The notes: generated by a model not told the origin, from the letters alone. Shown: positions 39,424 through 49,105, counted from the stretch's first letter. The stretch: DNA of 64,000 nt from Candidatus Hydrogenedens sp. (GCA_049968235.1 JBMFRC010000004.1:128001-192000), one strand, 5' to 3'. Program-made: numbers and translations.

Positions 39424-39915
39424 ATGGATGCAATTGAAGCCATTAGAACACGCCGTTCTGTAAGAAGATATTTAAATAAGGAAGTTCCGAAAGAATTGTT
39501 AGAAACTATTGTAGATTGTGGAAGATTATCTGCTACAGCAAGGAATGAACAACCGTGGGAATTTATCGTAATTGTGGACAAAGAACTAAAAAGAAATGTG
39601 GCAGAACAGACGGACAATGGAAAATTCATCAGTGAAGCAGGTGCATGTATAGCGGTAGTATGTAAGGATACGAAATATTACATAGAGGATGGTTCTGCTG
39701 CGACACAAAACATTCTCGTTTCTGCTCGTGCATTAGGTCTGGGTTCCTGTTGGGTAGCGGGAGATAAAAAACCCTATTGTTCTTCTATTTTAAAATTATT
39801 GAATGTCCCTGAGACATACCGTCTGGTGAGTCTTATCGCTATAGGCTACCCGGAATCTATCCCATCTCCTCATAAAAGAAGTTTAAATGAGGTCTTGCAT
39901 TGGAATTGTTTTTAG
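39424..39915 (+). CDS. Nitroreductase-family flavoprotein
   Basis: N-terminal RRSVRRY motif typical of NfsB/Frp-like nitroreductases; 163 aa. Confidence 0.7.
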   Translation: MDAIEAIRTRRSVRRYLNKEVPKELLETIVDCGRLSATARNEQPWEFIVIVDKELKRNVAEQTDNGKFISEAGACIAVVCKDTKYYIEDGSAATQNILVSARALGLGSCWVAGDKKPYCSSILKLLNVPETYRLVSLIAIGYPESIPSPHKRSLNEVLHWNCF

Positions 39916-41930
39916 ATACTCCCATTAAGAATCATAGCACATTGCTTAAAATAATCATATGTAGCATATTGGGCTCGAATAGTTCCTTTACCATGCTCTA
40001 CGTATCGGTTTGTTTGCCGTTCATCCAGAACGCGAGCCTTAATATTATCTTGAATCTGGAAAGAAACTATATCCAACACTTGTTTTTTTAGTTCGGAGGA
40101 AATAATGGGGAAAGCACACTCGACCCGGTAGTCAAGATTGCGTTCCATCAAATCTGCAGAGGCCAGGTAAATAGTTGTCTGTTCCCCTTTTCCAAAAATA
40201 TATATCCGTTGATGTTCTAAAAATCGGTCTAAAATAGAAATGGCAGAAATATTCGGGTGTGGAGGCATTGCATAAGTTGTGCGGACAACTAAATCAATCT
40301 TTACACCTGCATCGGCAGATTCTTTTAATTTTTTTACAATTCGGGTATCTGTGAGATGATTTACTTTCAAGAAAATATACCCATTAGTACCTTTTTCTTT
40401 TTCACGATTAATTAATTTATTTAACGATTTTCTAAGTGTGAAAGGAGAAATCCACAGATATTCAAAATCAGGTGGTGTTAAAGGAGGTAATCCGGAACTT
40501 CGGTCTAAAAGTTTAAAGGCTTCTTCGACTTCTTCAGTAATAGAGGGATTGGAAGTTAGTAAAATACTATCCACATATTGACGAGCAGTTTTTTCATGAA
40601 AGTTTCCTGTAGATAGCCCTACAAAACTTTTGTTTTTCTTTTTAATCAAAAGGAATTTTGCATGCACCTTCATCGGCGGGACACCATAAGCCACGCGAAC
40701 TCCGGCTTCTGATAAGCGTTCTGCTATCTGAATATTGTGCTGTTCATCAAATCGTGCTTGAAGCTCTATGGAAGCAAACACTTTTTTCCCGTTTCGAGCT
40801 GCATTGATAAGTGCATTAACAATTTTCGATTGACTTGCCACACGATAAATAGTCATTTTAATTTCTTCGACATCAGGGTCAATAGCAGACTCTCGAATAA
40901 GTCGTATAACATGGTCAAATGATTGGTAAGGATATGTAAGTAAAATATCCTGTTTCTCTACTATATCTAAAACGGGGGTACGAGGACCATCCAAAATGGG
41001 GTGTTTTGCGGAAGGTAAAGGTTCGAACAGTAAATCTTTTCTTTTCGCAGGGAAATTCATCAAATCTTTCATATTATGATAGCGTCCACCTGCAATTACT
41101 GTATCCTCTTCTGTGATTTTCAATTCTTTTAATAATTTTTTACATAGTTTTTTAGGCATGTTTTCATCATAGTGAAAACGGGTAGGACGACCTCCTTTAC
41201 GTTGTTCCAGGACTTTTCGCATTTTGCGAATATATCCCTCGGAGAAATCATTATCAATATCTAATTCTGCATCTCTGGATATTTTAAATTCATAGGCTTC
41301 AATATCGTCAAAGGGAAATATATATAGGACATCTGTAAGAAAGAGGCGAATTACATCGTCAATATATGCAATATTTCCACTGGGCAATTCTACAAAACGG
41401 GGAAGCGATGCGGGAATTTCCAGTACTGCATATTTTTTTTTATCCTGCATATTCATCTGAATGGCAAAATATAAGGCGCCATCCCTCAATGAAGGTAAAG
41501 GAATTTTATCCTGTAAAATTATAGGAACAAGTGTGTGAAGAATATTCTCTTTGAAATAATCGGAAAGCCAATGATATTCTGATGGTGCTAACTCATATAA
41601 ATCTTCCTGGGTTAATATTCGAATGCCGTAATTTTCTAATTCTTTTGTAATGGTTTCATACGCCTGTCGAAATCGTTCATCTAATTCGCGTGAAAATTCT
41701 CCGATGGCTTCTAAAAGATATGCCATCTTTTGTTCCCCCAATTCGAGTCGTCTTTGAACACTCGCAACACGAACCTTAAAAAATTCATCCATATTGGAAG
41801 AAAAAATACCTAAAAATTTTAATCGCTCTAATAAAGGATTTCGTTCATCTTCCGCTTCTTGTAAAACGCGTTCATTAAAAGAGAGAACAGAAATCTCACG
41901 GGTATAAAAAATTTTTTCTTTGTTAAGCAT
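39912..41930 (-). CDS. ppk1: Polyphosphate kinase 1
   Basis: 672 aa; PPK1 N-terminal domain (ISVLSFNERVLQEA), two PLD-like HKD-type C-terminal domains. Confidence 0.9.
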   Translation of the reverse strand: MLNKEKIFYTREISVLSFNERVLQEAEDERNPLLERLKFLGIFSSNMDEFFKVRVASVQRRLELGEQKMAYLLEAIGEFSRELDERFRQAYETITKELENYGIRILTQEDLYELAPSEYHWLSDYFKENILHTLVPIILQDKIPLPSLRDGALYFAIQMNMQDKKKYAVLEIPASLPRFVELPSGNIAYIDDVIRLFLTDVLYIFPFDDIEAYEFKISRDAELDIDNDFSEGYIRKMRKVLEQRKGGRPTRFHYDENMPKKLCKKLLKELKITEEDTVIAGGRYHNMKDLMNFPAKRKDLLFEPLPSAKHPILDGPRTPVLDIVEKQDILLTYPYQSFDHVIRLIRESAIDPDVEEIKMTIYRVASQSKIVNALINAARNGKKVFASIELQARFDEQHNIQIAERLSEAGVRVAYGVPPMKVHAKFLLIKKKNKSFVGLSTGNFHEKTARQYVDSILLTSNPSITEEVEEAFKLLDRSSGLPPLTPPDFEYLWISPFTLRKSLNKLINREKEKGTNGYIFLKVNHLTDTRIVKKLKESADAGVKIDLVVRTTYAMPPHPNISAISILDRFLEHQRIYIFGKGEQTTIYLASADLMERNLDYRVECAFPIISSELKKQVLDIVSFQIQDNIKARVLDERQTNRYVEHGKGTIRAQYATYDYFKQCAMILNGSI

Positions 41931-42031
41931 ACAATTTTATATAAGATGAATTATTTATATTTTCACTACTAATTTAAGATATTTTGTATCTATTAATCAA
42001 ACTGCTGTACCCTGGGAATTTTTTATTTCTG

Positions 42032-45000
42032 TCAGAAACAAAAACCATCCTCACTTTCATCTGGACAGGGATAATATCTCCCCATATTAAATATTTGTAT
42101 TGTGCGAATTAATTCGGAGAGAGAAATGACCCAATCCTGAGGATTGTAATCGCTGGAATGGGGTTGACAGTCGTGGTTATCACCATACCCGGGAAGATAG
42201 CCATCCTCAAGTTTAGAACTATTATCACAGTGATAAGCGCCCATGTTAAAGAACTGGACTATTCTTAATAGTTCTTCCAAATCAATCTTACCGTTTCTGT
42301 TTATATCTGAACTATGGAAATAGATGTATTCGCCTTCGAGAACCCCTTCTGTGTTCCCTTCTCCTTCTATAAGACCTTCTATATTTCCTTCTACAATTCC
42401 CTCGCCTTCACCAGTCCCCTCAAAAATACCTTCTACTATTCCTTCCTGTTGTGTGCATTCTTTATAATTTATAAAATCTGACAACTCAAAATTGGGGGGA
42501 ATTCCTTCACCAGCAGATAATCCTGCAATAAAACTTGAAGAAACGCAGTTAAGCCATGTGATAGAAATTGTTCCATCATAAAACATTTCTAACTGAATAT
42601 TGGCTTCTCCCGTACCATATCTTGGGACACTGGAAAAGGTAACAACAAAAGCATCTGTATCAAACTGATATGAAATAGAACCTCCTTTGCTTGGGTCTAA
42701 ATCATCAAACATAAGGGATATTCTTGGTAAGGAAAAATGAATTTCTAAGGATTCGGAATAGTCATCATTACCTTGTGTAAAGGTAACATAACCATTACTT
42801 CCCACATAACACCGGGAATATTTCACCCCATAAAGATAAACATAAGTTTCTAATGGGAAGTCAATCTGGGTAAAAGCATCATCTCCAATAGTAATAGGTG
42901 TTGAATTCTTTGTAGTTCTTGGGAAATCTTGCGCACTCTGTAAACATACATGATATTTATCTGAGGAATTATCGGGGGTGAATATAATCTGGTGATTAGA
43001 TAAAGGAACAGTATCTACAACATCTGAGGTATAGTAATAAGTAAAATAATCCGGTTGATGTAAAGTAGTAAAGGTATCACAATTTGTTGAATATTCGTTT
43101 CCTGCAATATCTGTTAATACAATCCTGTATGTATATTCAGTATCCGAACTCAAACCTGCAATTAAAAATTTATGATTTGTATTCATAGCAAGAGAATTTT
43201 CATATTGTTCAAAGGGAACCGAACATTGACTCCCATATTCAAAACGGGCAGAACAATTTTCATCAGTTTCTAATTGCACATCTACACTTTTTATATCTGG
43301 AATTATTGATAAAAGTAATAATTGAGGTGGGTAAATATCCGTTGTTGATTCGGCAGTGATTGTGTGAGGAGACCCTGATTCTGTCAATTCATCATAATAT
43401 TCTGCAGTAATTAACCCGTTATGAACAACAGAAAGAAGTCCATCATTATTTCCTGTGGCTAAATCTGTAAGTTGAATATTTCCTTCAAAAAACCCTGAAA
43501 TCTGCGTTTCAGTCAATACTATCTGTTCATTATCTCCGCTATCGGACCTAACCGGGATAAATATTTCTCCCTGTCCGGATAAGTTAGCATCTGCCAGGAC
43601 AAGAGTTGCTATTGAAGAGCCATTATAAATTGGTTTATCCCATTGTATAGTGCCATCTGAACCTGTAATTACAGGTAAATCTGTTTGATAGGGGACAATG
43701 GGGTTCCCCGTTATAGTCAATTTAACAATAGGAATAACTCCTGGAGGAGAAAATGCAACCAGATTACTCCCGAAATTAGAACGGACAGCACCTAATAATG
43801 TATTGGAATTAGAAAGTGATATAACTGCATTTGCCCATTCTATATAAACGGGAAATGGTAAACCATTTGGGTCAATCCCTGAACCATGAGTAATACTCGG
43901 ACTTTGTAGGATACCAGCCCATATTTCGGTAGAAGGGTCTCCTAAAAGGTTATACATTTCAAAATATCGTTGTGTGGTTGATTTGTTACCGTAATAATTG
44001 AAAAATTTTAATTTTCCATTAAGTATCATCCCTGCAGTCCATGTTTTCTTTAATGAAAAGAAACTTTCTATAACAGACTTCTCTAATATATCATCTTCCT
44101 CCCAATATGAAGTTACAGAACTCCCTACAAAACCAACCCCGCCTGCGGATACTCTCTGCCATGTTTCCCCAAAGCATTCAGGTTTGGCGTATTGCCCTGT
44201 ATCACATGCAAAACTAAGGACCCACGGATATACAGTATTGGTAAAGGAATTAATATCACTTTGTGATATAGGGGGACCATCTGCCCAACTCACATCAGAG
44301 CCATGCCCGGAATATACAATCCATCCTCGTCCAGAATTTACTGCAGTAATTACATCTGAAGTTGTTGCTCCATAAGTTACCGTATACAATTTTTGAGAAA
44401 TAAATTCTGCTGGTTCAAAGTAATTTGAGACCACATAATTGTGTGTTGCCTCTGTAATACTATAATTATCTGAACCCGTTAAAAAAGAGGCTTTTATATA
44501 CCATGGCTCCGGGAGTGTCCATTGTGCTTTTTCGTATTTGAGAATCTTGTTTAAGGCATTTTCTAATTGATTTGAGGTTGAGACGCTAATCCTACCTACC
44601 CATAAATCCGGGGTATAATATTCGTCGCCATCTACAATAGAGTAATATAAGTCTGTTATGGGATTATTGGGAGCAGAACCTGCTGGAGCCTGAATATAGT
44701 AAGGGTCGCCTACCAGGACTACAAATGTAGGCGGGACCTCCCAATTCGTATATGCCTGTTTGATATAATCTCGAATAGCAGTAGCATTTGTTCCTATATT
44801 TGCAACATTTTCTACGGTTGTAATAAAACCTCTTTGTGTTTTCCATTGAACCCATTCATTAAGTTTGCTATTCCCTACAAAAGAAGAAGCGACAATAACA
44901 AGCATTCCCACAGGAATATTATAACTTTTGCTCTCTGACTTTTCCATTAATGGAGAGGAATTTAAAATAAAGGGTTCCCATAAATCATCAATGTATTTTG

Positions 45001-45637
45001 AAAAATATTTTTTGTCTCGTGATGAAAAAGTTTTTGGAGTATCCCAACGAATAGTTAATAAGAGGTTTTTTGTTATGTAAATTTTTGAATTTAGGGGTTC
45101 ATAACTTATGGGATAATAGGTTATTTGATAGAGGTTTTTTCCACGAACATTTCCAAAAGGTTCTATTTCTGCAACTTTTTCTCCCTGTTTTTCATTTGAA
45201 TTGTAGACATTATTATTTTTTGTAAGTTTCGGTTTTTGAACTCCCTCTCTTTTTTCCCATGGAGGTTGAACAGGATAGAGAGGATACTGAATTTTTAGTT
45301 CTTCAGGGAGGGTTTGTTCCTCATAGGCCAGAGATACATTGGTTGCATTAGAAGGTAGTTCGATATATCTTCTCCATGCAGGCAATTCTGGATTGCCAAT
45401 AGAACCTGATGTTCCCATGCCCGGAATGATAATTTTTGTAAAAGTATTTTCTTCTATAGTTTCTTTTATGATTTCAGGGTTAGAAGTCAAGTTGATTTGA
45501 ATCTTAATTCCCCCTGTTTCAGGAAAAGTAGTTACGCGAACGACATCTCCTTTTGCTTCAAAAATTACCAATATTATTAGAGGTAATACTATCAAAAGAT
45601 TATTATTAAACCACAAAATACTTTTTTTCCTTTTCAT
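42032..45637 (-). CDS. Secreted multidomain clan-CD cysteine peptidase (C25/gingipain-like) with FN3-like domain, EG-rich linker and dockerin-like C-terminal repeats
   Basis: Signal peptide; His-Gly dyad (YSGHGS) and Ala-Cys (SFACDTG) spaced as in C25/C11 peptidases; (EGxx)n repeat near residue 1060; two ~23-aa repeats DINRNGKIDLEELLRIVQFFNMG / ...ISLSELIRTIQIFNMG resembling dockerin Ca-binding repeats. Confidence 0.55.
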   Translation of the reverse strand: MKRKKSILWFNNNLLIVLPLIILVIFEAKGDVVRVTTFPETGGIKIQINLTSNPEIIKETIEENTFTKIIIPGMGTSGSIGNPELPAWRRYIELPSNATNVSLAYEEQTLPEELKIQYPLYPVQPPWEKREGVQKPKLTKNNNVYNSNEKQGEKVAEIEPFGNVRGKNLYQITYYPISYEPLNSKIYITKNLLLTIRWDTPKTFSSRDKKYFSKYIDDLWEPFILNSSPLMEKSESKSYNIPVGMLVIVASSFVGNSKLNEWVQWKTQRGFITTVENVANIGTNATAIRDYIKQAYTNWEVPPTFVVLVGDPYYIQAPAGSAPNNPITDLYYSIVDGDEYYTPDLWVGRISVSTSNQLENALNKILKYEKAQWTLPEPWYIKASFLTGSDNYSITEATHNYVVSNYFEPAEFISQKLYTVTYGATTSDVITAVNSGRGWIVYSGHGSDVSWADGPPISQSDINSFTNTVYPWVLSFACDTGQYAKPECFGETWQRVSAGGVGFVGSSVTSYWEEDDILEKSVIESFFSLKKTWTAGMILNGKLKFFNYYGNKSTTQRYFEMYNLLGDPSTEIWAGILQSPSITHGSGIDPNGLPFPVYIEWANAVISLSNSNTLLGAVRSNFGSNLVAFSPPGVIPIVKLTITGNPIVPYQTDLPVITGSDGTIQWDKPIYNGSSIATLVLADANLSGQGEIFIPVRSDSGDNEQIVLTETQISGFFEGNIQLTDLATGNNDGLLSVVHNGLITAEYYDELTESGSPHTITAESTTDIYPPQLLLLSIIPDIKSVDVQLETDENCSARFEYGSQCSVPFEQYENSLAMNTNHKFLIAGLSSDTEYTYRIVLTDIAGNEYSTNCDTFTTLHQPDYFTYYYTSDVVDTVPLSNHQIIFTPDNSSDKYHVCLQSAQDFPRTTKNSTPITIGDDAFTQIDFPLETYVYLYGVKYSRCYVGSNGYVTFTQGNDDYSESLEIHFSLPRISLMFDDLDPSKGGSISYQFDTDAFVVTFSSVPRYGTGEANIQLEMFYDGTISITWLNCVSSSFIAGLSAGEGIPPNFELSDFINYKECTQQEGIVEGIFEGTGEGEGIVEGNIEGLIEGEGNTEGVLEGEYIYFHSSDINRNGKIDLEELLRIVQFFNMGAYHCDNSSKLEDGYLPGYGDNHDCQPHSSDYNPQDWVISLSELIRTIQIFNMGRYYPCPDESEDGFCF

Positions 45638-45715
45638 AACTTCCAGCCAAAGATGTTTATAATCTAATGTATAACTGTAAAATTATACCATATATTCGGA
45701 ATATTTATTCCCGTA

Positions 45716-45754
45716 AAAAGAATTACTGCGGTCTTTTTAGACCGCAGTAAAAAT
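45716..45754. terminator. Rho-independent terminator downstream of hupB (minus strand)
   Basis: 11-bp inverted repeat ttactgcggtc/gaccgcagtaa with 6-nt loop; minus-strand reading is followed by a UUCUUUUU tract; 25 nt after the HU stop. Confidence 0.5.
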
Positions 45755-45778
45755 AAGTTATTTAGACTACAATACCAC

Positions 45779-46093
45779 TTACTTCTTTGCACCCAGAACT
45801 GCATCTTTTGCCGCTTTTGCAATCCGGAATTTCAAAACTTTCTTTGCGGGGACTTTCATTTTTTCTTTTGTCTGAGGATTGATTTGAATGCGGGCTTTGC
45901 GGTCAACGACCACCAGTTTGCCTAAGCCAGGAATGACAAAACTAGCCGGTGCCTGTGCATAAGCCAATTCCACTAAACTTTGAAGAACTTCATTAATGTT
46001 CTTCTTGGTTAGCCCTGTTGCCTCAGCGAGTGTGCTGATGATTTGTGCTTTGGTCATTGGCTTATCTTCTTTTTTTGCTTTTTTAAACGCCAT
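45779..46093 (-). CDS. hupB: HU/IHF-family DNA-binding protein with N-terminal lysine-rich extension
   Basis: HU signature (…GLGKLVVVDRKARIQINPQTKEKMKVPAKKVLKFR…), 104 aa. Confidence 0.85.
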   Translation of the reverse strand: MAFKKAKKEDKPMTKAQIISTLAEATGLTKKNINEVLQSLVELAYAQAPASFVIPGLGKLVVVDRKARIQINPQTKEKMKVPAKKVLKFRIAKAAKDAVLGAKK

Positions 46094-46135
46094 AATTGTT
46101 CCTCCAGTGGGTTACTCCCCATTGTTTTTATCTGG

Positions 46136-46170
46136 TTCACAAAACACTACAACGGGTAGTGTTTTGTGAA
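46136..46170. promoter_or_regulatory. Perfect 15-bp inverted repeat (ttcacaaaacactac-N5-gtagtgttttgtgaa) in the hupB/comB-like divergent intergenic region
   Basis: Seen directly in sequence; 43-77 nt upstream of the hupB start; candidate operator or 5'UTR stem-loop. Confidence 0.3.
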
Positions 46171-46315
46171 TACCATATTTTCGTTGATATATTAAAATAT
46201 ACAATTTAAACTCAAAAATCAAATTGAAAAGCAATTTATTTCTAATTTTTTTAATGTATAACCTAATAAAATGAGGGATATGACAATATTGAAGAATAAA
46301 TTTTAAGGAATTGCT

Positions 46316-47050
46316 GTGATTATTCGTTTAATACAAGGGAAAAAAGGTTGTGCTTTTGGGAAAGAACATAATTTAGGTATTGTGGTTGTTGATGCATTAA
46401 GAGCAAGTGCAACTGCAATAATGTTACTTCATCATGGCGCTAAAAGAATTTTAGTAACTGATGAAGTAGAAAATGCTCTTTACTTAAAGAAAAAATATCC
46501 ATCCGCTATGTTATTTGGTGAACGACAAGGTTTACCGCCTGCCGGCTTTGATTATGGAAATAGTCCAAGAGAAACAATACATGCACGAGATAAAGAGGTT
46601 ATCTTCACAACAACTACAGGAGCCCGCCTTCTCATTGAAGGATACAGTGAACAAATCCCATTCATAATAATGGCAACAACTATTAATGCAAAAGCGGTAA
46701 GTAATTTTCTAAAAAAGCAGAATAAAGATTTTGTCATTGTTCCCGTAGGCTTGTTCGATGATATAAACTTTTCTGCTCAGGAGGATTGGGTTGCGGGTAG
46801 TTATATTATTAGTTTATTAGATGCAGATATAAGACATGGGAAAGACGATTATGAATATTGGAAGATGAGAATTGATTCGGAAGGAATAGAAAGATTATTT
46901 AGTACTGCGCCGCACTCCGAAAAACTTCGCAAGGTGGGGCTTCAAGAAGATATTATCTGGTGTGCACAAACCAATATCTCGAATTGTATTCCTATAGTAG
47001 TAAAGAAGGAGAATGAATATGTTATTCTCGAAAATATTGGGGCGTATTGA
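46316..47050 (+). CDS. 2-phosphosulfolactate phosphatase (ComB) family protein; GTG start
   Basis: ComB-family N-terminal motif VVVDALRASAT and overall length ~240 aa. Confidence 0.6.
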   Translation: MIIRLIQGKKGCAFGKEHNLGIVVVDALRASATAIMLLHHGAKRILVTDEVENALYLKKKYPSAMLFGERQGLPPAGFDYGNSPRETIHARDKEVIFTTTTGARLLIEGYSEQIPFIIMATTINAKAVSNFLKKQNKDFVIVPVGLFDDINFSAQEDWVAGSYIISLLDADIRHGKDDYEYWKMRIDSEGIERLFSTAPHSEKLRKVGLQEDIIWCAQTNISNCIPIVVKKENEYVILENIGAY

Positions 47051-47053
47051 TAA

Positions 47054-47521
47054 CTATTCCGGAATATAACCTTCAGGGGATTTTGTAAGAATAGCCCACG
47101 CCGATTTGTCCACCCATTCATATAATTTTTCTACACCTAAACCGAGTGAATACCACGCTGGTATATACATTAATGTAATCTGTCCGTGCAAATTCCATCG
47201 CATATGGGAATAATCCCAGATTCTTAACCCTAAAACTTTATGAAATATTATTCCGGATACATATTCAACAATAAAGATACCTATCATATAAACGATGGCT
47301 CGGAAAGGTAATGGGATTTTTTTTGCTTTTAATGGATTTCGGAGCCATGGAGTAATAATCCCTAACAAGCCATAATCTATCATCATCCATGGCGAAGAAT
47401 GCCCATTCATACTTATATTTCCGTGCGATATTAACCCTCCTATCCCTGTGAATAAAACTTCCATCGTTAATCCTAATATAGAAAAGATTATGAAACGGAT
47501 TAAGGCTCTTTGAAACTTCAT
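47054..47521 (-). CDS. Hypothetical small integral membrane protein (4 TM)
   Basis: 155 aa with four hydrophobic helices; convergent with the ComB-like gene; immediately downstream of xerD. Confidence 0.4.
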   Translation of the reverse strand: MKFQRALIRFIIFSILGLTMEVLFTGIGGLISHGNISMNGHSSPWMMIDYGLLGIITPWLRNPLKAKKIPLPFRAIVYMIGIFIVEYVSGIIFHKVLGLRIWDYSHMRWNLHGQITLMYIPAWYSLGLGVEKLYEWVDKSAWAILTKSPEGYIPE

Positions 47522-47557
47522 AGAGATTCCTTTCTTTATTTGTTGTTAGTACGTTCA

Positions 47558-48463
47558 TCATGCGCGAGGATGTGCATTTTTATGGGCTTGTGTAATTCGT
47601 TCTACACTTACATGGGTATAAATTTGAGTAGTAGAGATGTTGGAATGTCCAAGAAGTTCCTGAACAACTCGTAAATCAGCCCCTCTATTTAATAAATGTG
47701 TTGCGAAGGTATGTCGTAAGGTATGAGGGGTAACTTTATCCGATAATCCTGCTAATGATGCATAATGTTTTATAATCCGCCATAGAGTTACTCTGCTCAT
47801 AGGTTTGCCTGTTTGGGATAGAAATACCGATGGGGATTTTACTTTGCCTGTTTCTCTTACTCTGAGCCAGTTCTGTATTCTTTCTATGGCTATGTTTCCT
47901 ATGGGGACAATGCGAATCTTATCTCCTTTACCCCGAACTCTCAACATTCCTTCATTTAGAGATAAATCATGTATCGTAATGTGACTTAGTTCACTAACTC
48001 TTAAACCACAAGAATAGAAAAGTTCCAATATTGCAATGTCTCTTTCTTTATTTCGGGGCGAAGTTTCTGCGACTTTGAATATTTGTTCTATTTCGCCTTC
48101 TGTCAAAAAATGAGGTAACTTTTTGGATAAACGGGGTGTATCCAATCCATCAATAGGATTTTTATCGATTATTTGTTCATTATGGAGAAACTTATAAAAC
48201 CCACGTAATGTGCTGAGATGTTGTGCTAAAGAACGAGCCGATATTCCCCGTTTTTGAAGAGTTAAAAGATATTCTAAAATCAAGTGCGAATTGATTTTTA
48301 TGAGTTCATCGATATTTTTTTCACTGATAAAAAGGCTGAATGAATTCAAGTTTCGTCTGTATGTTAAAAGCGTATTCTCTGATAATCCCCATTCAAATAC
48401 AGCTAGTTCAAGGAAATAATCAATAAGTGGTTTAAACTTTGAGGTTATATCATTCTGGTTCAT
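47558..48463 (-). CDS. xerD: Tyrosine site-specific recombinase XerD
   Basis: 301 aa; R..HxxR..Y catalytic motifs (HTLRHTFATHLL, LLGHSNISTTQIYTHV); core-binding N-terminal domain. Confidence 0.8.
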   Translation of the reverse strand: MNQNDITSKFKPLIDYFLELAVFEWGLSENTLLTYRRNLNSFSLFISEKNIDELIKINSHLILEYLLTLQKRGISARSLAQHLSTLRGFYKFLHNEQIIDKNPIDGLDTPRLSKKLPHFLTEGEIEQIFKVAETSPRNKERDIAILELFYSCGLRVSELSHITIHDLSLNEGMLRVRGKGDKIRIVPIGNIAIERIQNWLRVRETGKVKSPSVFLSQTGKPMSRVTLWRIIKHYASLAGLSDKVTPHTLRHTFATHLLNRGADLRVVQELLGHSNISTTQIYTHVSVERITQAHKNAHPRA

Positions 48464-49058
48464 CCAGAGTAAATTCTCCGGGCTCTTTTATAGGGGTTTG
48501 TTTTGTTTTATTGTCTTCACTTACTTTTTTAAGTTTCTCTTCTTCTTCCAATTTCCGGACAACTTTTAACAAGAGTTTGTTTGCACTGGGATGTTCTAAT
48601 TCTACTGCTTTTTCCAACATCCATCGGCTACGGTTCAAATCGCCTAATTTGTAATAGCAAAATCCTAAACCATAATAGGCATCGCGATGTTCTGGATTCT
48701 CTTCGCATATCCATCGGTATAAGGCAACTGCCTCGACAATTTTACCACGATTCACCAGAGTAGCTGCTTCTCTGGAACGAATTTTAATATCTGATGAAAA
48801 TGTCAGATTACTTCTACCTGTAGTTTCAAAACCATCATCGGGCAATGGAAGTTTTACTACAGTTTTTGGAATTTCTTCTTTAGGAGCGGGAGAATCTTTG
48901 CTTGATAAATATTCTCCTTCGGGCTTTTCCAGTCGTACGGAAAGAATTTTACCACAACGTGGACAGGTTCCTTTCATTTCATTTTGTTCGATTTTGGGCA
49001 ATATTTTAGCCCCACATTCGCATTCTAAAATTTTGGTGATTGTTTCATTTCTGTCCAT
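48450..49058 (-). CDS. Zinc-ribbon + TPR-repeat protein
   Basis: N-terminal C-x-C...C-x2-C ribbon; C-terminal TPR-like helices (AYYGLGFCYYKLGDLNRSRWMLEKAVEL). Confidence 0.45.
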   Translation of the reverse strand: MDRNETITKILECECGAKILPKIEQNEMKGTCPRCGKILSVRLEKPEGEYLSSKDSPAPKEEIPKTVVKLPLPDDGFETTGRSNLTFSSDIKIRSREAATLVNRGKIVEAVALYRWICEENPEHRDAYYGLGFCYYKLGDLNRSRWMLEKAVELEHPSANKLLLKVVRKLEEEEKLKKVSEDNKTKQTPIKEPGEFTLDEPE

Positions 49059-49105
49059 CTAAATACTCCTACAAAACTTATGTTACATCCATGAAATCTT
49101 TGCCT

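Noticed and set aside
47265-47561. 98-aa ORF overlapping the 155-aa membrane-protein ORF in another frame; considered as a frameshifted pseudogene
   Set aside because: The 155-aa ORF is intact, starts with Met 37 nt after xerD and is a coherent 4-TM protein. The 98-aa translation is low-complexity nonsense. No pseudogene is called.
47558-48463. Tyrosine recombinase considered as a phage or integrative-element integrase marking a mobile element
   Set aside because: Its length (301 aa), XerD-type motifs and housekeeping neighbours (plsX, rpmF, hupB) argue for chromosomal XerD. No flanking repeats, tRNA or phage genes are present.
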